Origin: Elsinoe ampelina
Lineage: Eukaryota
Assembly (NCBI GenBank): GCA_010093995.1
Contig: ML992508.1
Coordinates: 1,343,274 to 1,407,273 of the forward strand
DNA length: 64,000 bases
Direction of reading: 5' to 3'
In this document: in pieces, positions 49,635-59,570 of the stretch
Layout: every line of letters begins with the position of its first letter
Numbering within the stretch: the stretch's first letter is position 1
The notes under the pieces: model-generated
Database searches by the model: none
Told to the model about the DNA's origin: nothing
Seen by the model: the letters and a program-made list of their open reading frames with translations, nothing else
Program-made: the position numbers and the translations under genes

Positions 49635-51809
49635 ATGAGTTCAGCGCAGACCGACAAGGTGACCAAACAGAAAAGATCGCGCAAAGGATGTGCATTCTGC
49701 AAGGAGAAACGACTCAAATGTGACGAAACGAAACCACAGTGTAAGAATTGTACTTCCCGAGATCGAACGTGTCCAGGATATGCGCCCGTCTTGAAATGGA
49801 GGACCACGGAGTGGCAACCGGAGACTGGAAGCTTGTCCTCGAAAATTGGAAAGCAGGGGAGACCTCGACAAGGTGTCTCCCAAGCAACCCCGAGGACTCC
49901 TCGCCAAAGCAACAGTGTCTCTCCAGAGATTCACCATGCTACCTTGGTAGGACATGCTGCCACAGCTGCCACGGCTGTCTCTGGCGAGGGTCTCCCCATG
50001 TCCTCCACGACATTGCGAAGCGGATCGAAAGCCAGCTCTCCGGCAGATATCGTACAATGGCAGCCTACCTCAACGTCTGCGCCGGAAGCGCTGGGAATAC
50101 CTCTGCCATCGCAGAACGAGCCTGCATCGCAACTTCCGGTTGACCTTGATGGTCTTGACGTTCAACGCCTCCTTGCTGAAAACGTGGCTGAGCCATTGTC
50201 TCCTGACTCGCCATACAGCCAGCTGACAGATCCGATGGCAGACTTCGATACCGCCGGTCCATTCTCGGGTGGATCAACCTGGATGAGCGATGCATTGATG
50301 GCTCCCGTTTCTTCCGATCTTGCCAGTTTGCCCAATCTGATGCCAATCGCTGGGCATGCATTCTTCCAAGACGGCAGAGGAAACCAAGTCAAGCGCAAGG
50401 ATGTACGGAAGCTGCTGACACAATTCTACACAACCCATCCGAAGCTCTCCTATCCTCTGTTCCACCAAGGTACCAAACTGGTAGAGCACTATTTCACCAA
50501 GATTTGTGCTCTGTATTCTTGTTTCGACTCTTTTCTCAACCCTTTTCGGTCCATTGTCGGCCAGCAATGGAGCAATTCGGCGTCGACGTACTATGCGATC
50601 CAAAGCATGGCTGCTGCTCATTTGGCCAACGAGTTGCCATTCATGAAGCGAGAAGGCATGGAGCTACATCGACAGGCCTCGGAACATCTCGGCAAGGAGC
50701 TTGTCAATCTACAGGCGTCAAAGTCGATGGACGACCAACCACTTTTGACATTGCTGCTGCTAGGCATGAGTGCTTGCTGGCAGAGACCTGGTGATCTGGG
50801 ACTGCCATTCCTCCGGACCGCACGATCTTTTCTCCGCTCAAATGTACGTAAGAAGAACAGTGCAGTCTCACGGCCATTGCTGCAGATGTTTGAGGAAGCC
50901 CTGATCTACTGGGAGATGGTAACAAGCTTTGTCGCAAGCGATTCTGACATTGACATTCTGCAAGCTGAAAAGCTTTCGCAAATGGAGCAGCTGGACGATC
51001 CTGAAGGTGATCGGATTGGACCAAGCCATGACCCTGCAGTGTTCAACAACTCTACTATCGTTCCACACCCTTGGACTGGAGTCAGCCTCGTGTCTCAGAT
51101 CCTCCTTGGTCAAGTTGGCAAAGTCATCTACGCCGTCAGGACCCAGCATGTTCTCGCGAAGAATCGACCCGACTACGTCAATATCGCGCTGAATTTGGAG
51201 GAGAGCTTGCTTGCTCTTGCACTACCAGAGAGCTCGTCCATGGTCAATTGCGGAGACGGATCAACCAGTCCTGTCGATTTCATAACGCTCGCCGAGATCA
51301 CTCGAGATGCAGGATTACTTGAGCTCTATCGTGTGTTCCCAGTACTTCTACAGCGGCGTTTACCACAAGAAACAATCAACTCACCTCTCAACTTTTTCGA
51401 TGTGACAGCTAGTGCTGCATCATCCGACAACTCTAGATGGCTCACTTCTCTTGCCCTACACATTCTGAAGCAGATCAAGTCGATTCCAGCTTCATCACAT
51501 GTGCGGGTCCATCAGCTACTACCGATCATCATTGCGGCATGTGAACTTCGCTTTCCCACCAGGTCACGCGACACAACGATGAGCATGACCTTCACCGAGG
51601 AGGACACGGAAATCTACCAGGCCAGGAAGTTCGCACGAGAAAGACTACACCAGCTCGCGGGCCAATTACCTGCCCAGCCCATCCACACAATGCTCCAGCT
51701 GATTACCGAAGTGTGGCAGAGACTCGATACTAGTAGCGACGAAGATGCGGAAAACTCATTCTGGATTGATGTCATGGTCGAAAAGGGGTGGTACACACTG
51801 ATGGGCTGA
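49635..51809 (+). CDS. Zn2Cys6 transcription factor (Fungal_trans_2-type C-terminus), intronless
   Basis: RSRKGCAFCKEKRLKCDETKPQCKNCTSRDRTCPGY, NPFRS, and VWQRLD...FWIDVMVEKGWYTLMG. Confidence 0.92.
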   Translation: MSSAQTDKVTKQKRSRKGCAFCKEKRLKCDETKPQCKNCTSRDRTCPGYAPVLKWRTTEWQPETGSLSSKIGKQGRPRQGVSQATPRTPRQSNSVSPEIHHATLVGHAATAATAVSGEGLPMSSTTLRSGSKASSPADIVQWQPTSTSAPEALGIPLPSQNEPASQLPVDLDGLDVQRLLAENVAEPLSPDSPYSQLTDPMADFDTAGPFSGGSTWMSDALMAPVSSDLASLPNLMPIAGHAFFQDGRGNQVKRKDVRKLLTQFYTTHPKLSYPLFHQGTKLVEHYFTKICALYSCFDSFLNPFRSIVGQQWSNSASTYYAIQSMAAAHLANELPFMKREGMELHRQASEHLGKELVNLQASKSMDDQPLLTLLLLGMSACWQRPGDLGLPFLRTARSFLRSNVRKKNSAVSRPLLQMFEEALIYWEMVTSFVASDSDIDILQAEKLSQMEQLDDPEGDRIGPSHDPAVFNNSTIVPHPWTGVSLVSQILLGQVGKVIYAVRTQHVLAKNRPDYVNIALNLEESLLALALPESSSMVNCGDGSTSPVDFITLAEITRDAGLLELYRVFPVLLQRRLPQETINSPLNFFDVTASAASSDNSRWLTSLALHILKQIKSIPASSHVRVHQLLPIIIAACELRFPTRSRDTTMSMTFTEEDTEIYQARKFARERLHQLAGQLPAQPIHTMLQLITEVWQRLDTSSDEDAENSFWIDVMVEKGWYTLMG

Positions 51810-52300
51810 TACGAACCTTCGAGATTGGGAATTTAATGAGGTTTGCACTTTCGCTGTACTACTACTTCAAGTTTGCAAACGCTTTTCTGCTGGCGCAAAT
51901 TGAACCACCGTATCCTGTACAATTAGTAAGGCCAGTGTGTGCATCGCATAGCAATTGCTACTAAACTCAACATATATTCGTGCGTAATCCTGCATGAAGC
52001 GATATATTCAAGTGATAGAAGCCGAAATGCAGTCGTTGCCCGGCCAACGACACGCGATTGGCTGAAGGCGACCACTTTCTATCCCACGTTCGAGAGCAAT
52101 CGATCGCAGATAGCTGATGAGCAATTACGTTTTGCTCGTCGAGTCCGAATCAACGAACAACCTACTTACATGATAGCAAATCTACCCGAGTCACTCATCA
52201 CATTATATCGACCTCGATCCCTTGGAGGCGAACGTTCCAGCCGTGCCGGTCACGGACTGCCCGCAATCATCATCCCCAACTGTCGCAAAAACACATTGAA

Positions 52301-53527
52301 ATGGCCACTTCCACTGCATGGACTTGGTCGGATGCAGATTTGCTACGTCCGTCAAGGAAGAGCTATCATTGCTTGGGACAGCCAGTCACTCCGCTGCCTG
52401 GATCTCGGAAGGTGTCGGGCAAAAGGAAGCGGTCGAGCACACACGCGGTGGAGGATCATCCATTGAAGTCTTCGCCTGCGCCGGTCTACAGGAAGCTGCA
52501 AATCCCTAGGATTGTGACACCGAGCTCTGAAGCAGTGAGTCCTGCTCCACTGGTCAACGAGAGCTACCAGGTCGCCGCCGGATTTGACACGCCTGGCATG
52601 ACCACCGCGGTCGGGAACATGAATATTCGAGATACTCCGGAGCTCAACGACTTTCGATCGACGTGGGAGACTTCAAATACAGATGGAATAGCTCAAGGTC
52701 CAGAAGTGATAGCAAGAGAAGGGAATGGCCGGACAAGGATATCCCAGGACAAGCCAGCGCGGCAAGCAGGATGGACAACATCAGCCTTTGGCATCTTCGG
52801 TGGTGTCGCAGGCAAAGTCATCAGCATGTGCTACAGCATGATTCCCATCTTTGCCTCAACCAGTGCCCTTCCCGAGCAGGACTTTGATCTCTGGCACCAA
52901 TCAGCAACGCCTCTCCCCGGCATGTTCCCCGAAGACGCCTCAGCAGAAGTAGACGACACCCCAATCCGACCCGCCAAAAGACTCCACCTCAGCCCCGTCA
53001 ACGACTGGGTAATGGTAGAAGAAACCACTCCCGAATCCTCCACCCACCCGGCATCCAATGCCCCCCGCCCCGCCTCCCGCGCCAGCACCCGCCGCTCCCT
53101 CGCCCCCCGCTCCCGCAAACCCAGCTCCATCTCCCACCCCTCGCCATCCCTCCCCACCCCACCCCTACCCCACCACACCCACACCCGCCGCGCCTCCCTC
53201 GCATCCCCGCGCTGCTCCTCCCCCCGCACCCTCCGCCCGCGCACATCGCTCCACCCGCGGCGCTCAATTCAAGACCTACGCACCACGACACCGGAGCGGG
53301 ACTCACTGTCCCCCGAAGCCCATGCCCTGCTGCATAGACGGGACAAGAAGGAGCGGGATGCGGAGAAGAGTATGCGGAAGATGAGTCGGCAGGTGCAGGA
53401 GTTGATACGGCAGGGCCAAAGGGCGTTGGGGGAGGGGTGGAAGATGGAGTTTGATGAGGAGGGGGCAGGGGGGTATGGGAAGGGAGAGGGAGAGTGGGAT
53501 GAGGGGGTGGGGATGGAGATGGAGTGA
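52301..53527 (+). CDS. Hypothetical low-complexity protein with a C-terminal coiled coil
   Basis: 408-aa ATG-initiated ORF filling the intergenic space. Ser/Pro/Arg-rich, ending in MSRQVQELIRQGQRALG. Confidence 0.7.
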   Translation: MATSTAWTWSDADLLRPSRKSYHCLGQPVTPLPGSRKVSGKRKRSSTHAVEDHPLKSSPAPVYRKLQIPRIVTPSSEAVSPAPLVNESYQVAAGFDTPGMTTAVGNMNIRDTPELNDFRSTWETSNTDGIAQGPEVIAREGNGRTRISQDKPARQAGWTTSAFGIFGGVAGKVISMCYSMIPIFASTSALPEQDFDLWHQSATPLPGMFPEDASAEVDDTPIRPAKRLHLSPVNDWVMVEETTPESSTHPASNAPRPASRASTRRSLAPRSRKPSSISHPSPSLPTPPLPHHTHTRRASLASPRCSSPRTLRPRTSLHPRRSIQDLRTTTPERDSLSPEAHALLHRRDKKERDAEKSMRKMSRQVQELIRQGQRALGEGWKMEFDEEGAGGYGKGEGEWDEGVGMEME

Positions 53528-53681
53528 TCCTCGAGCCGGTGGGTGATGGTGGAAGGGTGGTGGTGTGGGTATGTGTGTATATATGAAGTTGGAACAGGGG
53601 GAGGGTGGGAGATACCCTTGTACATATGAATGTCGATTTCATTGTCTAGTTTCCTTTGTGATAGGGTGACGTGGTAGTGGG

Positions 53682-55400
53682 TCAATTCAACCCGAATTCT
53701 TCGCTCCAGAACAGCACGTCTCGACCTCTCGCGACGTGGGCGCTGACGTCGGTTCGGACTTTGGTGCCCATGCCTGCTGGACCGCAGACGTAGATGCCGG
53801 TCTTCTCGGTAGCGGAGTGGGCGAAGGTTTGGTCTATAAGACGACGGAGATTGGGGCGACCTGAGCGGGGAGTAGTGAGCGTGCCATTGGTTTGTGAAGA
53901 AGACTTGTTGGTGAGAAGGGATTGCATCTCTACGCTTTCGTCTTCTTGCTCGGCCGTTTCGTCGCCGTGCTGTGGCACATCGTCCTGAGTAGTCGCTGTG
54001 TTGGGAGGGGCGTTTTGAGTGGAAGAAGAGCCGAGTCCGGTGATGAAGATAGTGAGGTGGGCCTCTAAAGCGTCCTTCTCGCTGTCTTTGAGGCCGTCGA
54101 AGATCCAGTCTACTTCGTCCATAGACTTGACTGCCCAGATGGCTTCGACTTTGGTTCGCCGTTGGTGTTGACCGGAGATGAGTTCCCTGAGCAGAGGAAG
54201 AATGAAAGTCATGCCCACTCCGCCTGCGATCATCAAGACTCGATCACACTCGAGTAGTTGCTCCAAGTGATCCCCCCTCCCATATGGTCCCTCGATCTTG
54301 ACCGTCCTCGTCTCTTCCCTTTTACCCTTGCCCTCGACCAAGTTCTTCGTATGGCCACGCATAACTCTCACCACGCATCTCACTCTTCCATCCCTCTCAA
54401 CACTAGCAATACTGAATGGGTTCCTCCCTACCGCCGTCGGCAGACTCCCTCCCTTCCCGAGTGACAAGTACAAGTGCTGTCCCGGCCTGCACCCCTTCCA
54501 ACTCCCCCTCTCGACACTAATCTCCACCAACCCGTCCCCTTTCCCCCTCACCAACGCCGCCACCTCCCTCGTCTCCCACGCCCTCAGCCCCACCCCCAAA
54601 ACCCACACCACCGCCGCCTCACCAACAAACACCCTCACATGACTCACATGCGCCCACATGACCGGCAAAACCACCAATCCCACCACCACATGCACAACCA
54701 CAAACACCGCATACCACCTCTCCCTCACCCACCTCACCGCGCCCCCTCCCATAACCGCAAACAACCCCACCCCCACCAACCCCATCAGCACATCCCAATC
54801 CCCGACCCTCTTCCTCAACACCCCCACCCGCACGAAAAAGTTCAAATACAACCCGGCATGCGCGCCCAACCCCACCACCACCACCCGTCCCAACGCCCGA
54901 TGCACGGCGTTCAACCCCGTCCAATGGCCCCCGGTCGCCAACACGAGAGGATTCCACCCGCTCTTCCACGCGAGGAGGTACTGCCACGGCAACTGGCTGG
55001 CGGCGACGATGCCCACCCGTTTCGTGAGGTGGAGGTAGTCCTCCCCCGTCTCGGCGACGCTCAGGTAGAGCAGGACGAGGGTCCAGACGAGGGTCGATAG
55101 GGCTAGGGCGTTGGTGCCGAGGTGCAGGCCGAGGGGGCGCGGGGCGGGGGATGTGAGCCAGAATTTGGCGGGAGGGGGAGGGAGGAGGGAGGGGCGTGAG
55201 GGGGGAGGGGGTTTGAGGTGCGGGGAGGAGGGGCGGGGGGCGTGCGGGCGGAGGGAGGGGAGGAGGATGGGCAGGTGGTGTGTGAGGGATAGGAGGAGGA
55301 GGGGGATGAGGGGGAGGAGGTGGGCGGTGAGGGAGTAGGAGTCGAGGAGGTGCCGGCGGGTGGCTTTTTCCGAGGAGGTGAGGTCGATGAAGCGCCACAT
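53682..55400 (-). CDS. Ferric reductase-like transmembrane flavocytochrome
   Basis: Heme His pairs (HRALGR...HAGLY; HVVV...H), FAD-binding NPFSIAS, NADPH-binding IEGPYG and IAGGVGMTF, and YVCGP...EEFG. Confidence 0.9.
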   Translation of the reverse strand: MWRFIDLTSSEKATRRHLLDSYSLTAHLLPLIPLLLLSLTHHLPILLPSLRPHAPRPSSPHLKPPPPSRPSLLPPPPAKFWLTSPAPRPLGLHLGTNALALSTLVWTLVLLYLSVAETGEDYLHLTKRVGIVAASQLPWQYLLAWKSGWNPLVLATGGHWTGLNAVHRALGRVVVVGLGAHAGLYLNFFVRVGVLRKRVGDWDVLMGLVGVGLFAVMGGGAVRWVRERWYAVFVVVHVVVGLVVLPVMWAHVSHVRVFVGEAAVVWVLGVGLRAWETREVAALVRGKGDGLVEISVERGSWKGCRPGQHLYLSLGKGGSLPTAVGRNPFSIASVERDGRVRCVVRVMRGHTKNLVEGKGKREETRTVKIEGPYGRGDHLEQLLECDRVLMIAGGVGMTFILPLLRELISGQHQRRTKVEAIWAVKSMDEVDWIFDGLKDSEKDALEAHLTIFITGLGSSSTQNAPPNTATTQDDVPQHGDETAEQEDESVEMQSLLTNKSSSQTNGTLTTPRSGRPNLRRLIDQTFAHSATEKTGIYVCGPAGMGTKVRTDVSAHVARGRDVLFWSEEFGLN

Positions 55401-55900
55401 TTTGAGACGGGATGGGGGTGTGTTTCGAGGGTTGGGGATGTTACAGGTGTGTGGATGGGGTGTTTGACATTTTGGATGATGGCGTCGTTGAGTTTCTGGT
55501 TTGTTTGATGGGGAGAGGAATGGTCTGGATGGAGAATGGTGAGGCTGAGGTGGCGTGAAGTGAGGGCTGACCAATCCTGAGGACAACACGCGGAGATTCC
55601 GTGCGGCTGAATGAAGCTTTGAGGACGCGGTGACGACGAGCACTTTGATACACCAGGTCTGCATACAAGAGCTCTGAATACAAGAAACTGATGAGAATCA
55701 TAGTCTGATAGTCTGGCAGTCACGGATGAATTGTCATGATTTTCTCAAGTATTGAATTCACCAAAGCTACGATCAAGAAACGAAGGGTATAGTCGCTTTT
55801 CGCAATACACGAGCCTTTTCCACACTTTCTGCGTGCTACGACTCTTGAAGGTCGACTCCAACAGTCTGTCTCGACCCTGTATGCCTTCTCTTCGCCCAAT

Positions 55901-56606
55901 CTACGCACCACCAGCACGCTGGATCTGCTGAGCCAAGAATGACACAGCGGCGTTCGCATCAGTGCCGTAGGTCAAGTGAGCCGGACCAACGACCAAAGTA
56001 CCGCTGCAGACGAGATCTCCAGCGTTACAAAAGATCTTGGTCTGCTGGGGAGGGTAGTTGGGGATACGGCCACGATCCTGAGTGTTCCTGGTGTCGCCGA
56101 AAGTGACGGCGCCGACGATGCGGTTGCGGGTGGCGGCGTCGAGCTCCTCCACGGCTTGGTGGGTGGCGGCGGCGCCCTGGCTGTAGCCTCCGACGACGAT
56201 CTTGGTTTGAGGACACTTGCGGGCGGCTTCGCTGATCTTGGCCTTCATGTCGCGGATACCGACGGGGTCGGCACCGTTGGGGAGGGCGTTGGTGTCGAGA
56301 CGGGCTGGGTAGTCGACGCCTTGGACGGCGGTGCCGAAGCGGCGCTTGAGGCCCTCGCCGACTGGGGGCCCGATGATGCTGCCCTGGGTGGAGTTAGATT
56401 TGGTATCTGCGCTGCTCGTGGGGAACGCTGACCATGTTGCCGGCCTCGGTAGAGCCACGGGCGAAGATGAAGGTGACTGGCTGGCAGGCACCACGCAGTT
56501 CGTTGGAGGTAGTACCGACACGGCCACCGAGTTGGCGTTCGATGAGCTCGGCAGGAGCAGCAGCGGCGAGGCCAGCCAGGGCCGCGGTAGCGATGGTGAA
56601 CTTCAT
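55901..56606 (-). CDS. Secreted cutinase (CE5); 49-nt intron 56384-56432
   Basis: Signal peptide, [38 protein letters not shown] and AHLTY (Ser-Asp-His triad). Confidence 0.96.
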
Positions 56607-56764
56607 TTTTGGGATGGAAAGAGTGTCTGACCTGTCAAAGGTGCTCAACGGGAAAAGTGAATGGAACCGTGAATGAATGAATGGAGCTGGTGTCTGGCAG
56701 GATCAAGGAGCTTCGTGGACGCAGTACTTATACAGTGATGTCTAGGGTCTTCACAACTGTGATG

Positions 56765-58137
56765 CCTCGGTCTATAACATGAGGGACATGCGAGGGATAC
56801 GAGGTTCACGTCGCAAAGCATCTTGACCGCGATTGTGCTTGGATGAAACCAACATGAGGGTCTGTTGTAAGCCTGGCATCGACCATCATTCGGTCAGAAG
56901 TGGTCTGCCTCGGCCGGGAGGACTGGAAGACTTGGTGAGCAGAGGGGACTCTACCATGAACCCTGGAACGCATGATCAGCTTTGCATGAATGTAGCTGGG
57001 TCGAACAGGGAGGAGCGGCCACGCCACTGCCAAGTATGCAGGAGTAGATGGGATGGATAGAAAAGTACCGAGGCCAGCGGTGGTGTAGTGCGGGCAAAGA
57101 CCTTCCCGGCGGTCAGATGATATGAATGAGGAAGTGGAGCATGAGTTAGCAAGTCGAAGTGGTGTTGATGAAACAGAGCCAAGGCTTGGCCAGAGGGATG
57201 TTTGAAATCTGGACCGCGAGGAAATCGATGTGTTGGACCATTGGGGTATGGCTAGTGCCGGTCATATATTGATGTGCCGTCTGACAGATGGGGATCGGGG
57301 AATTAAGTTGCCCATACTGACCAGGCTTGCACAGAAGTGCTTCCGAGGTATTATTTTGAGCCGCAAAGGCATCTCCCTCACGCAAGATCCTGTTGTAATT
57401 ACAAGACTCGGCGGCACAACGAGGAAATGAACTGGACATTATTGCAACTGGGATCAAGCCGAGGAAAACCTTCTATCAACGTTACCTGGCGTATTTTGTG
57501 ACGCGTTTCGCGAGCTGTACCCTGGTCGGCGCGGAAGGAGTTGGAGAGCATGGGGTTCGTCCGAAGCGTCTGAAACGCCGCGCCTCATGGCTGGATAGCG
57601 ACAGGGATGATAAGACAAGCGGCTGGCGACGCATCCAACAGGGTGTAGAAGCTCCAAAGCCCAGCGGGCAACATATCGACAGCGATCTGGACGCTGTTCA
57701 GCTCAAGTTCTGTACTATGCCATAGACGTATCGGCTTCACGCATGAGATGTACCGTAGTCGAGGAACACGATAGTGAGTCCTGCGCCATGCATGGAGCTT
57801 GGTAGGTGACAAGCTCGTGCTACAAGTCTTGTTGGCAGCGGCAATGCAGATCTGAGACCAAAAGCGCCATTGGTGGCTGATGTGGAGAGTGGGATGTGCA
57901 ACAACCGGAACCTTTGGTACGTAGAAGAGGTCGTCAGCAAAGTTCCGAGGAACAGAAAGAAGCCCTGAACGCCGCGCGCCGACCCCGGACGTTCCTCCGA
58001 CAAGGTTTCCGCCGATTCCGGTGCCGTTCCTAGATCTCTCGTTCCTGCAGAAAGAGGGCATCACACTTTACATCATCTGTGTCATCTCGGCGCGGAAGTC
58101 GTTGAATGAATTTGTTATACTACGTCTGCAGCCTCGG
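56765..58137. promoter_or_regulatory. Cluster of seven CCTCGG/CCGAGG (CTF1/FarA-type) sites upstream of the cutinase
   Basis: Hexamers at 56765, 56908, 57068, 57343, 57459, 57945 and 58132. TATA-like TATAAGTA on the minus strand at 56725-56732. Confidence 0.65.
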
Positions 58138-58315
58138 TCGTATATTTTCATCTAATTGTATGAGGGGTCCGCATTGGCTGAAGCTGGCACAGGGACGGAT
58201 CACTGATCACGAGGTATGGGCAATTGAATGCTTTGAAGAAGTCAGGGCATTAATTATACTACATTTTCCATGAAGCGGTAGTGTCTCTTTTCACGTGGTA
58301 TCATATCGTGAGCGC

Positions 58316-58707
58316 TCACGCGTCAACATCCTTCAGCTTCTCCTTGGCGGCCTGCTTGCCAGCCTCGGTGACCTTGTGGTCGTTGTCGTCAGGGTTGTTG
58401 ATGGCACTGGAGTATGTCAGTGGAATGGTCAGGTTGGGCGTATCAACAACGAGTACTCACGCCTTCAAGCCACCAGCGACGTTGCCTGGGTTGCCATCGG
58501 CCTTGCCCTCTCCAGTCTTGCCGTAGAAGGCATCCTCACCACCGAGCTCCTTGAGAGCCTGCCTGGACTTCTCCTTGCTGGCCTCGGAGGTGTCTTGGTA
58601 ACGTCAGAACTGGATGCTGTGAACTTGTGAGTCCACTCACTTGGGTTGCTCAAGTTGGCCTTGTGGCCAGTGGCGGCGTGGGAAATGTCCTCTGGTGTGT
58701 TCTGCAT
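58316..58707 (-). CDS. Conidiation protein 6 (Con-6)-like small hydrophilic protein; two introns
   Basis: Spliced MQNTPEDISHAATGHKANLSNPNTSEASKEKSRQALKELGG...NPGNVAGGLKAAINNP...VTEAGKQAAKEKL contains two Con-6-like repeats. Confidence 0.85.
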
Positions 58708-59570
58708 GGTTGCTGGTTGATGGGATGTGGGAATGTTGATTGTTGACGATTGATAGAAGTGTAAGGATATACAGGAATCAACTCCGAGATTACCTTATAA
58801 AGAGATGGACTCACAAGTCGTTTACTGCAAATGACAAACGCTGCATGACGAGACTTGTCTTGTTCCTGGTTGCTGTGGTCGTCATTATTGCGATTGAGCT
58901 ATGTCACACGAGAAGCGTGGCTGCCCGTGGCTGTCCGTGGCTGTCTCTCCCCGGCACGATGCGATGGGTTCATCTCTGATTTTGTCTGCCATTTCATCTC
59001 TGATCGATCTGAACAAATCAGTTGGTCAAATCGAGGTTCCAGGTTGGTCCCAGGCATAAGAAAAGAAAACTGTATCCAGGTTCCTGGACACATGTAACCT
59101 GATCACCGCGACCACATGACATTCCTGTAGGCCTCATAACTTCCTGTAGGCCCTGCCAGCTCGGAAAAGCGCCCCTGACGGTCTGACCAAGTTTTTGTTC
59201 TGTTACCCCCACCGGCCCGTGGGCTCAGCCCTGTGTTTCCCCTCTTTTTTTTTTTTTTTTACCCGGCCATCCAGGTACGGATTTTCAACGACATGCCGTT
59301 TATTATGGCGACCTCCTTCCTCCGGCGTCACATGGCCCGAGCCCTACGACAATCTCGTTCGCAGTGGGTATAGTCAGTCATATACCACCGTGTTTCCCAT
59401 GATAATCCCCCGCTGAACCCCGCTTTCCCGACAACAGCAGTAATGTCGACATGTTGGCCAAGGGAACGAATTTATCCAGTCATCTAGGTACGTGACTATA
59501 AGTATGTCTTGCCGCAACAAGAGCCGCGTGGTAGGTTCGGTGGGAATTGAGAAGCTCTACAATACAGCTC

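Noticed and set aside
53058..55723. Multiple overlapping Pro/His- or Gly-rich ORFs around the ferric reductase and hypothetical gene
   Set aside because: By-products of the C/G skew, which removes stop codons from alternative frames.
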